Positions 9,949 through 19,349 of a stretch of DNA of 64,000 bases are shown here, piece by piece (the stretch's first letter is position 1; every line of letters starts with the position of its first letter). The DNA comes from a virus: the IMG/VR virus record IMGVR_UViG_3300035523_000146; one strand, 5' to 3'. The position numbers and the translations under genes were made by a program. The notes beneath the pieces were generated by a model, which saw only the letters and a program-made list of their open reading frames with translations, had not been told where the DNA came from and searched no databases.

Positions 9949-11202
9949 CTAAGGACCAGACGGCCCAGTCCATCTCACCCAGCCGTCGCCATAGAGCACT
10001 GAATCAGCGTAGCCCTCTTGCATCAGCAGGCCCATCAAGTACCGTCCTCTGCCGCATTGGGCAGAGTTGCAGTACACCGCAACTTTCTTGTCTTTGGGAA
10101 TACCCGCCATGTTCAATCGCACGCGACTAGCCTCATTCGCAGGACAGTTTATCGCTCCTTTGATATGCCCGATGGCAAACTCGCCTCTATTGCGCGCATC
10201 AATGAACAAAGTGCCCTCTGAATGCAAGCGCAACGCCGCTTCAAGCGAGACAGCCCTTGTATCAATGCAACCACTTTGCCAGTTCTTGCGAAGGAGAAAT
10301 TCCATAGGGTCTAGGCCATCATCAGAAGCAGGTCGGGCCGCGTATACCACCAGACCGTTTCCAGAAAGCAACCGAACACTACACCCTAGGATGGCTGCGG
10401 CGACCAAGAATAGCACCGCTTGCAAGGTCACTGGAAGCGGCCTAAGCTGTATAGCGCGCTTTGCAAACTGAAGGCGCGCGCGCCCAATCCCCAAAATGCC
10501 AACGGCAGCCGTTAGCCACAAAGCAATGGTCGGCAGGTACAATTTGTAACGATATCTGCGCAGGTCGATTTCGGCATCAGAAGCAGAAAAAACTAATGTT
10601 TCACCTCGCCATCGCGTGGCTAGCGCCTCTAGCGGCACAACCTTCTCCATGGCGGGTGGGTTAAAAATGCGCGCCGTTTTCTCGGCAATACCCAGGCAGA
10701 CAATATAATGATCTGTGCTGGTAGAATAACGGCTGCCTTGTACGTGTAGAATAGCGGGCCCCGTCGCACTGCACAACTGGGCGGGAGAGAGGTCATCGTA
10801 TAATTGGACGCTGAGCCCGTGTTGCTTTGCAAGCAGGGCTAGACTGTTTGCAGTCGCACCGTTCTGTGGCAGATTCTTAGACAGCAACAGGCGCGACATA
10901 TCGATCGGTCTACCGACAGCAGCGCTCGCTCTTTGAATGCACTCCACGGCCGAATAGTCTACAGTTCGTTCTAGGTTGCCCGGATCACCGCTGGGCATTG
11001 TGAAACCGTTGGATAATGAAGCTGCCACCGTTGGCTTGGAGAGCAAGGAGCACATAAGCAAGGACACGACACATGCTCGGATTGCATCTTCCATCATAAA
11101 GCACGCATTGCCGGACGCAACGTCTCGCCGTGTAACCGGGGCGGAAGCGAACCAACTCAAAAGTGATGGCGGCAGACCGCTCATGGCTGCGCCCCTAGAC
11201 AT
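9949..11202 (-). CDS. Degenerate C39-like domain + TM helices + rhodanese domain
   Basis: AILHV...DHYIVCLG...IFNPP is C39-like; LFIDARNRGEFAIGHIKGAINCP and VAVYCNSAQC mark the rhodanese. Start codon uncertain. Confidence 0.8.
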   Translation of the reverse strand: MSRGAAMSGLPPSLLSWFASAPVTRRDVASGNACFMMEDAIRACVVSLLMCSLLSKPTVAASLSNGFTMPSGDPGNLERTVDYSAVECIQRASAAVGRPIDMSRLLLSKNLPQNGATANSLALLAKQHGLSVQLYDDLSPAQLCSATGPAILHVQGSRYSTSTDHYIVCLGIAEKTARIFNPPAMEKVVPLEALATRWRGETLVFSASDAEIDLRRYRYKLYLPTIALWLTAAVGILGIGRARLQFAKRAIQLRPLPVTLQAVLFLVAAAILGCSVRLLSGNGLVVYAARPASDDGLDPMEFLLRKNWQSGCIDTRAVSLEAALRLHSEGTLFIDARNRGEFAIGHIKGAINCPANEASRVRLNMAGIPKDKKVAVYCNSAQCGRGRYLMGLLMQEGYADSVLYGDGWVRWTGPSGP

Positions 11203-12185
11203 TGCTGTTTCTTTGCGGGCTCGGTGCTTGGCGATCGCGTCCGAGGGGCACTGCTGGTTGGTGCCCCTGGAACTAGGACGGTAACGCGCTTTCGAATCCT
11301 ATCCACTGAACGATTTGAGGCGTCTTTAATCAGAGGTGCACGATCCGTTGCGCCGATCGCACGCAACTTGTCCGCATCATCAAGATCGCCGAGATCGCCA
11401 ATTGCGGCGATTGCTACCATTCGGAGGTAGGCGCTCTTGGGATTTGTATCTTCGCTTAGCTTGCGGCACACCGCAAGAGCGTCTGGCGCTCTTAGGCAAG
11501 CGCAGGATTGTACACCAGCAATACGTACTAGCATTTCAGCATTCTCGTCCCGCAGCGCCGTTAGGCACATCTCATGGATTCGCGCAGTTGTCTTTGCATC
11601 TGGAAGTTTGCTGGCGTCCCGACTAGATGCGATGCGCGCGAGTGACCAGAGCGCACCCGCGACAACCATGTTTTCTTCATCTTCAGCAGCCTCCATGAGG
11701 GTCTCTAGGATCTCTCGATCGCCGAAAGTGATGAAGTAAGTGTATAAGTGTTGAACGCAGTAGTTGCGCCACTTTGGCGTTTCCTGCGCATCCCAGAGCA
11801 TCGCCGTCAAATCTTTGACCAGATGCTCTTCTTGCCACCCTCTTAGTTTATCGGCCACGTTATTGCGCACGCCTTCGTTTTCGCTTCGTCGCCAAAGGCA
11901 CTGGCGCAATGCCGCCAAGGTTTCGGCGGAACGCGCTGTTGATGGGACATCATCCACCGCCTGCATGCGTGCTGCTACCGAGAGCTTCTTGTTAAACACT
12001 GCGGCAAGCTCTGCCGGCAGCTTAGCGCGATCTAGCGGGCTGTCGGCCAATCGAGTTTCACATTGAGTATTGGAGGGAGCTTGAACAGCGGTAGTGCGAA
12101 TGGGGAAATGCGCAGTAGCAAACGAGAGCAAAAGCGCGAGCGCGCCCAGGAAGAACCAAAGCAGATGCCTGCGCACGTAATTCAC
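11181..12185 (-). CDS. HEAT-repeat protein with N-terminal signal/TM
   Basis: Hydrophobic N-terminus; repeated helical units (VRNNVADKL, WRNYCVQHL, VRIAGVQSC, LRMVAIAAIG). Confidence 0.8.
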   Translation of the reverse strand: MNYVRRHLLWFFLGALALLLSFATAHFPIRTTAVQAPSNTQCETRLADSPLDRAKLPAELAAVFNKKLSVAARMQAVDDVPSTARSAETLAALRQCLWRRSENEGVRNNVADKLRGWQEEHLVKDLTAMLWDAQETPKWRNYCVQHLYTYFITFGDREILETLMEAAEDEENMVVAGALWSLARIASSRDASKLPDAKTTARIHEMCLTALRDENAEMLVRIAGVQSCACLRAPDALAVCRKLSEDTNPKSAYLRMVAIAAIGDLGDLDDADKLRAIGATDRAPLIKDASNRSVDRIRKRVTVLVPGAPTSSAPRTRSPSTEPAKKQQCLGAQP

Positions 12186-12268
12186 AAGTGTACCCTATTC
12201 CTACTCTAAGTTGCGGCGCGAATCGGCTCATATCAAGTTGCACCAAGAGCCACAGCCGAATCTTCCTT

Positions 12269-15200
12269 CTACGGGCAGATTTCGATGGTTGGATCACATG
12301 GACACTCGTTGACCGTGGGGTTGCACCAGCTTTGTGCGTAGATGACTACAGGATCCTCTTCGGTGATGTCAATCGTATGGCACCCGTGATCCGTTCCTGG
12401 CGCGAAGTACAGGGAATACGGCAGGTAACCTGCTGAAGTAAAGTCACTGGTATGATAGGCTATGGAAGAGACACCCCCATCGAAGGCCACACCTGCGCTT
12501 CTTATGCTTAACGTGATTTCAATCGAGGGATCGTCCGTGATTAACGGCGTCATCTTGAGGTAGGCCACGCAAACCTTCGTGCCGTCATCAAGCGTATGGT
12601 CCAAGGCGACCGCGGTCCGGGCTGTTGAACAGAACGTAAAGCCCTCGACCACCTGCCACGCGATGATTGGTCCCGCGGGACCGCCCACTCGTGCAACGAG
12701 ACTCGGCCTGTCCGCTCCCTGCGGCGAAAGATTGAGCGCGGCGCCTGTTGCCGTAGTTTCCTTCACAGATATGACCAAAGACGGGCCGCTTCCGGAAAAC
12801 GTAATACTTGAAGTAGCGGCGGGGGGATAGACGCTCGCATCCTTCTGGCGGGTGAAGCCAATTTGGCAGGCGATTGGACCATTGATCCCAACATCGACAA
12901 CGGTAACGCCAAATGTTCCGACGACAACACCGTCAATCAAAGCTGTCGCGACGTATGTGCCTGCGGTGGCGTACGTAAATGGGAACAAGGATCCAGGGGA
13001 TCCAGTAAAGTCCAACGTTCCGTCACCATCAGCATCAATTGCCAAAACATCGCCTGTACCACTTGCGCTAAGCAGCAGGGCGTCGCCCTTGCGAATCACA
13101 ATACTGTCAGAACTCGATTCCTTGGTTGACAGATCGGTCACTTGCCAAGTTACGCATGACGACTTAGCAATTCCGCTCCCTGCGTGGTTGATCGTGATGG
13201 GAGTCGCCGTGCCATCGCTGTTGAGGGGCGCGTTCACGAACCACCCATTGTCGCTGATGAAGGTTGGCGCCAGATCGCCACATGGCGCGGTTACCGTGAG
13301 AGCGTACGGCAAACCGGTCGTGGACCACGCTTGACCTTCGACGAAGGTCGGCGATACGACCGAAGAGCCCGCAATGCTCACGGTCATGCCCGCGCCAGGG
13401 TAAAGTTGTGTTTGCGGGACGACGCTCTTGCTCGTACTGGCGCTGCTCCACAGCAACTGTGCGACGGCAAGACCTGTGTGCTCAAAATATTCAAGCTTGA
13501 TTGGCACCTTTACACCCGCCGTAAGCGAGATTGATGCGCTGGAGTACTCCGTGGACTGATCGCGCCACTCATCTACCACGAGTTGATCTCCCACCCACAG
13601 CCGCACACCATCGTCGCATCGGACGTAGAAAGTATATGCCTCGGAGTATTGCGCCTCAACCTCGCCGATCCAACGAACGGAGAAATTGTCAGGACTAATC
13701 GCTTCATCGGGCGCATTCAAGCCCCAGTCAAAGGCTACAACGGGATCAACTTGCAGGAGCAGTGCCGTGCCAGAAAGGTCACGGGTGTTATAATAGCTTC
13801 CCTGGAGCCCCGTGCCGGTGCCGATCAACATGGCGCTGCCCGTAGAGTAGAGCTGCGTTTGAGGGATCAAGTTCTTTGGCGTTAGCGAACTACTCCAAGC
13901 CAGCCCGGCATTCGCGCCGCCACCGCTCTGGAAGTACTCCATCTTGATATCGTACTTCTGGCCAGCAACAAGCGAGATCGTGCCGCTCCATTCTGTGTTG
14001 CCCTGTAGCTGCCATTTGTCGATCAGCAGTTGCCCATTCACCCACAGCCGCGCACCGTCATCCGTCCAGGTATAGAAGGTGTAGGTGTCCGTGTACTGCG
14101 CTTGGACTTGGCCAACCCACCGCACGGCGAAGTTGTCCCGGCTCACGTTGGCGTCGGGAGCATTGGTATTCCAATCGAAGCCGACCTGCGGATCCACTCG
14201 CGTGACGACTGCCGGAGTTCCCAAGTCCGCGCGATTGAAATACTGCCCAAGCAGACCATCGCCGGTCCCTACAACCATCTTGTTGGAAGTGGAATACAAT
14301 TGGCTTTGCGGGATCACCTGCTTGTCCTGGCTCGGCGATGACCAGAGCAGTTTGGCAACCGAGCCACCCGTGCCCTGAAAATATTCCATTTTAACATCAT
14401 ACTTCTGGCCGGCCTCAAGCGCGATATCGCCTGTGTTTTCTGTCGGCCAATGGGCCGTCCAGTTGTCGATGAGGAGAACATCGTTCACCCAAAGACGCAC
14501 GCCGTCATCCGAGACCGTATAAAAGGAGTACGTTTCCGAGAACTGCGGCTCGACTTGGCCCAGCCAGCGGACGCTGAAACTGGTGCTACTGACGCCAGTG
14601 GCGGGAGTGCCGCCCACCCAATCGAAGTTCACCGTGGCGTCCACTTGGTCGGCGATGACCGGGCCGTTTAGATCGGCGGTGTTGAAATAGTAGCCGGCAA
14701 GTCCATCGCCAGTACCCAAAGGAGGGTTATACGCGGCGAGGGAGACGTTTCTGAATTCGGCCTTGCTGGTCGCAAAATCGCTGCGGTGCGGCGTAACGGC
14801 CATCCCGACGAGAACGGGGTCGGTCAAATTAAGGGTGACGGAGTCGACCGGGAACCACACTACGCCATCGCTGGAAATGTGCCCCGTAATCTGATTGCCG
14901 GCTCTTGTCAGACGCACCCAACTGTTCGGCGCTGAATTCCAGCCACCCGAAGTCGCGCTGGTCTGCGCTGCGACGGTGTCGCGGTGCTGGAAGACAAACC
15001 CATTTCCGGCGCTCGCTAACATAATGGCGTTGACGCTGTTGCGGTCGCTTGACTGCCGCACCATGAGGCCCGCTTTGGCCCAGCCATCTGAGTTTTCAAG
15101 GGATGCGATACGGGCGCGAATGTCGAAATTGCCTGAGTAGGATTGCGACACAAAGCGGAAAGCGTCCTGCGTGCCCCAGATGTCGTCGCCCACGCCGACC

Positions 15201-15328
15201 ACGTCGTAGCTCGCTGCGTCGATCTGTGTGGTTGACCCGCCTGGAATGTCTTGAGAGCTAAACTCGCCAGCGCAAACGGCGAGTGCCAAAACGCAGCAAG
15301 TGCAAACGGCAAGTGAAGGCAGTCTCAT
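12269..15328 (-). CDS. Secreted protein with lectin-like N-domain, three PA14 domains and a Cys-containing tail
   Basis: Signal peptide; three copies of FSVRWxGQV...YTFY..SDDG.RLWV; DADGDGTLD Ca-binding-like motif. Confidence 0.9.
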   Translation of the reverse strand: MRLPSLAVCTCCVLALAVCAGEFSSQDIPGGSTTQIDAASYDVVGVGDDIWGTQDAFRFVSQSYSGNFDIRARIASLENSDGWAKAGLMVRQSSDRNSVNAIMLASAGNGFVFQHRDTVAAQTSATSGGWNSAPNSWVRLTRAGNQITGHISSDGVVWFPVDSVTLNLTDPVLVGMAVTPHRSDFATSKAEFRNVSLAAYNPPLGTGDGLAGYYFNTADLNGPVIADQVDATVNFDWVGGTPATGVSSTSFSVRWLGQVEPQFSETYSFYTVSDDGVRLWVNDVLLIDNWTAHWPTENTGDIALEAGQKYDVKMEYFQGTGGSVAKLLWSSPSQDKQVIPQSQLYSTSNKMVVGTGDGLLGQYFNRADLGTPAVVTRVDPQVGFDWNTNAPDANVSRDNFAVRWVGQVQAQYTDTYTFYTWTDDGARLWVNGQLLIDKWQLQGNTEWSGTISLVAGQKYDIKMEYFQSGGGANAGLAWSSSLTPKNLIPQTQLYSTGSAMLIGTGTGLQGSYYNTRDLSGTALLLQVDPVVAFDWGLNAPDEAISPDNFSVRWIGEVEAQYSEAYTFYVRCDDGVRLWVGDQLVVDEWRDQSTEYSSASISLTAGVKVPIKLEYFEHTGLAVAQLLWSSASTSKSVVPQTQLYPGAGMTVSIAGSSVVSPTFVEGQAWSTTGLPYALTVTAPCGDLAPTFISDNGWFVNAPLNSDGTATPITINHAGSGIAKSSCVTWQVTDLSTKESSSDSIVIRKGDALLLSASGTGDVLAIDADGDGTLDFTGSPGSLFPFTYATAGTYVATALIDGVVVGTFGVTVVDVGINGPIACQIGFTRQKDASVYPPAATSSITFSGSGPSLVISVKETTATGAALNLSPQGADRPSLVARVGGPAGPIIAWQVVEGFTFCSTARTAVALDHTLDDGTKVCVAYLKMTPLITDDPSIEITLSIRSAGVAFDGGVSSIAYHTSDFTSAGYLPYSLYFAPGTDHGCHTIDITEEDPVVIYAQSWCNPTVNECPCDPTIEICP

Positions 15329-15947
15329 GAGAACCTCCTAAGCAGTTGCCCAGCCTTTGGGGATCATTGTCTGAATAGAAAATACACATTTAATGAACTA
15401 TAAAATATCACTGGAGTGCACAATGTCAACACAGAAACCTCAAGAAAAGTCGTGGAGTTGCAAGTATTGGCGCTAGCGTAACTTGCGTGAGGCCATGCGG
15501 CTTTGTAGTCGCACCTGGCGGCTGCAAATTACGCCTGAACTGAGGTTACCCGCGACTTGGAGAAAGACTCCTCAACGGCGATGCGATGCCATTTTGTCAT
15601 GCGGGCGGGGCTGTATCCTGAATCAAGGTTGGCGCGTTTCGCAAACGCGGCTCGCAGAACTCACCAGCACGCCACGCTGACTACTGGTTCTGTGGCTGCC
15701 GACAGGCTGGTTCGGAGGAGTTCGGCGCCTGGATCTTGGCCGACATTTACAGAGGTCCAACTGGATTTCGGTTTACGGTTTTAGGATTCTTGTTACGGAC
15801 CGATCACGCGGCCGCCGCGATGGCGCTCGATCGACGTAGTCGAGCGCCATCGCAAATTTTCTCTTGGTCTGACCGCTCCAAAGCCGTATAGAGGTGCAGG
15901 TCTGCGCAACGTTTTCTGAGCCGATTTTACCGGCGGGAGATTGCCGC

Positions 15948-16801
15948 GTGCCCGTTGAAGTCAAACCGTTGTTCCGGCCAGATGTGCTGCGCTCGCATCT
16001 CTCTGCGTTCCGCATGCCTGGTCGGCTGGGGAACGGCTCAGCGCTGCGGAACAAGGTCGCGCATTGGGCCGAGCTTGTTTCCTCCGGGCGTGCGGACGCC
16101 TTCAAAGAGCGCGAAATCCTGCCTGACTTCCTGACCGATCTCTTCGGCGGCGTGCTCGGCTGCACAAGCCCGGCCGAGAACGCCGACCGCTACACGCTCT
16201 CTCGGGAGCAGATTTGTTCCTGCTGGCAGTTCTGAAGTCACCGTTGATCTGGTGGCACAACTGGCGCTACCTGCCGCACATGAAAGATGAGGCTCTCTCG
16301 CCAACCGGCGTGAAGATAGAGGCGTTCCCCGTCGCGAAGCCCAGCGCGCAGGCGCGCGCCGCAGCCGAGGAGAACGTCGCGCGGCTGATCGACATCACGA
16401 AGGCGCAGCAGTCCGCCACGCGCGAACTGCTGGACTGGCTGCGCGTCGAACATGAAGTCGCCAAGCCCAGTCTGCGGCTGCAGGCGCCGGCGGAACTGTC
16501 GAGCGATGAGTTCGTCAGCGAGGGGAAGAAGGCGCGCGGCAAGAAATGCCTGATCGCCGCCGGCCTCAAGAGCCTGCGTGACGAGTACACGCGCTTGATT
16601 GTGCCGATGCAGATCTGCGCGGCCGAAGCGCTGGACCTGGAGCGGGCCTTGAGCGCCAGCGTCAATGCTGCCTACGGCCTCACCCCCGCCGATGAAAAGC
16701 TCCTCAGGCAAACCGCCCCGCCGCGGATGCCCATCGGCTCCCAAGCCCCAGCGACGCTGCAGCAATCGGCCGCCAACAGGACATCAGATTTCAGCGCCTG
16801 A
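15948..16801 (+). pseudogene. Internally deleted type IIG (Eco57I-like) restriction-modification gene
   Basis: N-terminal fragment (VKPLFRPDVL...EILPDFL) joined out of frame near 16210 to a typical C-terminal end (LAVLKSPLIWW...AYGLTP); no methyltransferase motifs. Confidence 0.7.
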
Positions 16802-16860
16802 GACTTGAGAGTCGAAATCCATATGTTGCGAAGGGCACGCGGCAACCAGAGGAACCAGCG

Positions 16861-18561
16861 CTACCGCGCAAACTCCAAAAACGGCAGTTCGCCAGTCCGA
16901 CGGTCAGTGCAGGACGCCGCCACCTTCTCATCGATTCCCCACTTTGATGGGTACTTGGGCGTATCAAGGGGCTCCAATGAAGGCCGAAACTTCTGCTTTA
17001 TCCGCGTGCGACCAAACAGCCCAGAAACTTCCGGGTGCCGCACCCTCGCGTACTTGCTAATCTCGCAGAACAGATTCTGACAATCGATGTATTGCAGTGG
17101 CCGCCCCCAAAGCGTCTGGAATTCAAGGCCGCGCTCAGAAAACTCGGATTCCTGGCGTTCGCATACCAGCTTGATGATTTCGGTCTCATTGAGTCCGCCC
17201 AACGAGTCGAAGCACTTGCGGATGCCGTCCCGAGCTCCAGGACCCGGAACGACGAATTCCCTCTCGGAGAAATCTGTTACCGAGCTGTAGTTGATGTCGG
17301 TGACGTATTGATATGCAAGAAAGTCTCCGATCATGGGGTAATCGCGCAGCAACAAGAAAGCCTCAGACATCCTGCGGCAATCTGCTAGCCGCATCGGCAA
17401 CTCATCACGTAGCATTCGCTGGAGAAGAATTAGAAATGAGCGATGCTTCCTTCCGCCATCGGCGTCACGATCTCCCGACGGCATAATGTATGCGGCCGAA
17501 AAAATCCTGCGCCCGGATTCAAGAGCGCTCGTCAAGATTCTGTCGTAGCGTTTGAAATCAAACTCCGCTGCGCTGATCGCCCCCAACTTGCTTTTGATCA
17601 GCCGCCACGTTTCGATCTTATTGAATATCTTGAACAAAAGCACCCTGAACACGACTTCGTTGATGTGCTGGCTTCCTTCATCAATGACGTAACGAATAAG
17701 GAACTGGCTCGCACGATCCGAAGCCCTATAGGCGTTTGTAAACTTGTTGACCGCCAGGATCGGATCTTCGGTCCATGGCGGCGGTGTGCCACGGAGACGC
17801 CGGAAAAAGATCGCTTGTCGTTCCGTGGCAAACCGCCAGAAGGTATCGTACACCAACGTTGTTTTTGCCGGAGCCAGGGAACTGAATCCGTATGGCGCGT
17901 GCGCCCGCTCCGCAGGCGATGCCTCCCGGCAATTTGTTGCGACGCGATTGGCGCCGCCACTGTCAACGGGAGACGCAGCGCGCAAGATCTGCGCAAATGC
18001 ATCCTGTATCGTGTGGTTGTTGTCCACCGAAACGACGAGGTAATTTTTCGCCTCGCGCCGAGCGAGTGCCTCGTATGCCGTTTGGAGCCGGATCCAGAGA
18101 TCCTCTTTTTCTGGTCGCAGTGGCACTCCCCGTTGAATAACGAAGACGGCTGTGGGTTTCAGATCGCCCCACGCTTCGAGTTCCAAGTCGATGAGTTTCC
18201 GCAGGAGCGAAGCATTGGCGCCTCCCACCACGCCGTATACTTCCGTGGACCACCAGAATCTATCCAGGACAACACTGCGGCCTTCAGTCAGCGCTGGGAT
18301 AATGCTGCGCTGGATGGTATCCAGATGCGCGGCCACATGAAGCATCTGCAGGATAGCGGGATCGAATTGCTTTATCCCAAATCTGCCAGGATCATGGTGC
18401 AGATCGTATACGTGCTTTCCGAGAGTTCCTGGATCGCGCCCAGGAAAACTCAGCGCCAAAGAAGCGATGTCGGATCGTGCCAAATAGTCCGAGAACCGCT
18501 TGCACAGCTCCGACTTGCCAACACCGTCCGGACCTTCGAAAACGTAAAGCCGTCCTGTCAC
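16861..18561 (-). CDS. Thymidylate-kinase-like domain fused to a 5-hmdU DNA kinase helical-type (aGPT-pyrophosphorylase clade 1) domain
   Basis: VFEGPDGVGKS P-loop and VLDRFWWS (dTMP kinase); FWRFATERQAIF...PPPWTEDPIL...FTNAYRASDR is the helical-domain signature. Confidence 0.85.
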   Translation of the reverse strand: MTGRLYVFEGPDGVGKSELCKRFSDYLARSDIASLALSFPGRDPGTLGKHVYDLHHDPGRFGIKQFDPAILQMLHVAAHLDTIQRSIIPALTEGRSVVLDRFWWSTEVYGVVGGANASLLRKLIDLELEAWGDLKPTAVFVIQRGVPLRPEKEDLWIRLQTAYEALARREAKNYLVVSVDNNHTIQDAFAQILRAASPVDSGGANRVATNCREASPAERAHAPYGFSSLAPAKTTLVYDTFWRFATERQAIFFRRLRGTPPPWTEDPILAVNKFTNAYRASDRASQFLIRYVIDEGSQHINEVVFRVLLFKIFNKIETWRLIKSKLGAISAAEFDFKRYDRILTSALESGRRIFSAAYIMPSGDRDADGGRKHRSFLILLQRMLRDELPMRLADCRRMSEAFLLLRDYPMIGDFLAYQYVTDINYSSVTDFSEREFVVPGPGARDGIRKCFDSLGGLNETEIIKLVCERQESEFSERGLEFQTLWGRPLQYIDCQNLFCEISKYARVRHPEVSGLFGRTRIKQKFRPSLEPLDTPKYPSKWGIDEKVAASCTDRRTGELPFLEFAR

Positions 18562-19349
18562 GCCGTCGTCTCCTGGGAGCGGAGAATCGCGCGCAGATCT
18601 GTCGCGAAGTCCTGAAGATCCTCTTTACTCCGCCGCCCACGCGCGCCGACAGAAGCGACACATGTAAGCTGCGTCAGCCGAAGTCCCATTCGAGCGGCCA
18701 TGAACTTCCCAAGTCGGCATAGGCCGAGGTAGTTGCCGTATGCGCGTTCGAAGAAGAACTGGGTCGCGTAAAAACCGGTTACGCACAAGCCGTCCTGACC
18801 GACTGGTGCGAAGTTCACCTGCTGAAGACAAGGAAAGCCCAACTGTCGATTATTGCTGTGGTCGCGCGTCGGATCAAAAACCGATGCGATGAGGGCACTA
18901 CGACGATGATTTCCGCTGCGGTACGTGTCTACAATGTGCGTTAGCTGATCGACGGGCTTCAGGACTGAGTCTTCCGGCTGGTATGCTGTGAGACGCCTGA
19001 AGTAGACGCCGTACTTATTCGCCGGGCATTTCTTGATCATCGCCCAGATCCGTCCATACCGTCCCAACACGTGTGCTCCTCCATCGTCCAGCGACGGGTT
19101 CCACAACGAAATCGGAAAAATCGTGTTGGCGACCGTGTGGCACTTAGCTCGCTCGAAACGCTCTAGCTCCTTGTCCAACCGCTCACGGATCGCATCATTT
19201 TCTATGGCGGTACCGTTATCGAAAGCATGGACACGTACAATTAGCGGAGTCAGCTCGTCGATGCCGGGCTCCATCAGCCGCAGAAAGGCCTGTGCCCATG
19301 CCACTGACAAATTCGTGCTTGAGGGAATAAACCAGTCACTCGCCATCAC
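18558..19349 (-). CDS. Divergent thymidylate-synthase-fold protein
   Basis: YFRRL...DQL..IV, SVFDP, GFPCLQQV (catalytic Cys) and YGNY; lacks RSND and the terminal HxY. Confidence 0.7.
   Translation of the reverse strand: MMASDWFIPSSTNLSVAWAQAFLRLMEPGIDELTPLIVRVHAFDNGTAIENDAIRERLDKELERFERAKCHTVANTIFPISLWNPSLDDGGAHVLGRYGRIWAMIKKCPANKYGVYFRRLTAYQPEDSVLKPVDQLTHIVDTYRSGNHRRSALIASVFDPTRDHSNNRQLGFPCLQQVNFAPVGQDGLCVTGFYATQFFFERAYGNYLGLCRLGKFMAARMGLRLTQLTCVASVGARGRRSKEDLQDFATDLRAILRSQETTA

Noticed and set aside
3467-11202. Classical bacteriocin/lanthipeptide cluster
   Set aside because: No ABC exporter, LanB/C/M, YcaO or radical SAM gene, and the putative substrate has a Sec-type signal and is large.
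17443-18615. 390-aa plus-strand ORF
   Set aside because: Antisense shadow of the kinase fusion gene, with no motifs.
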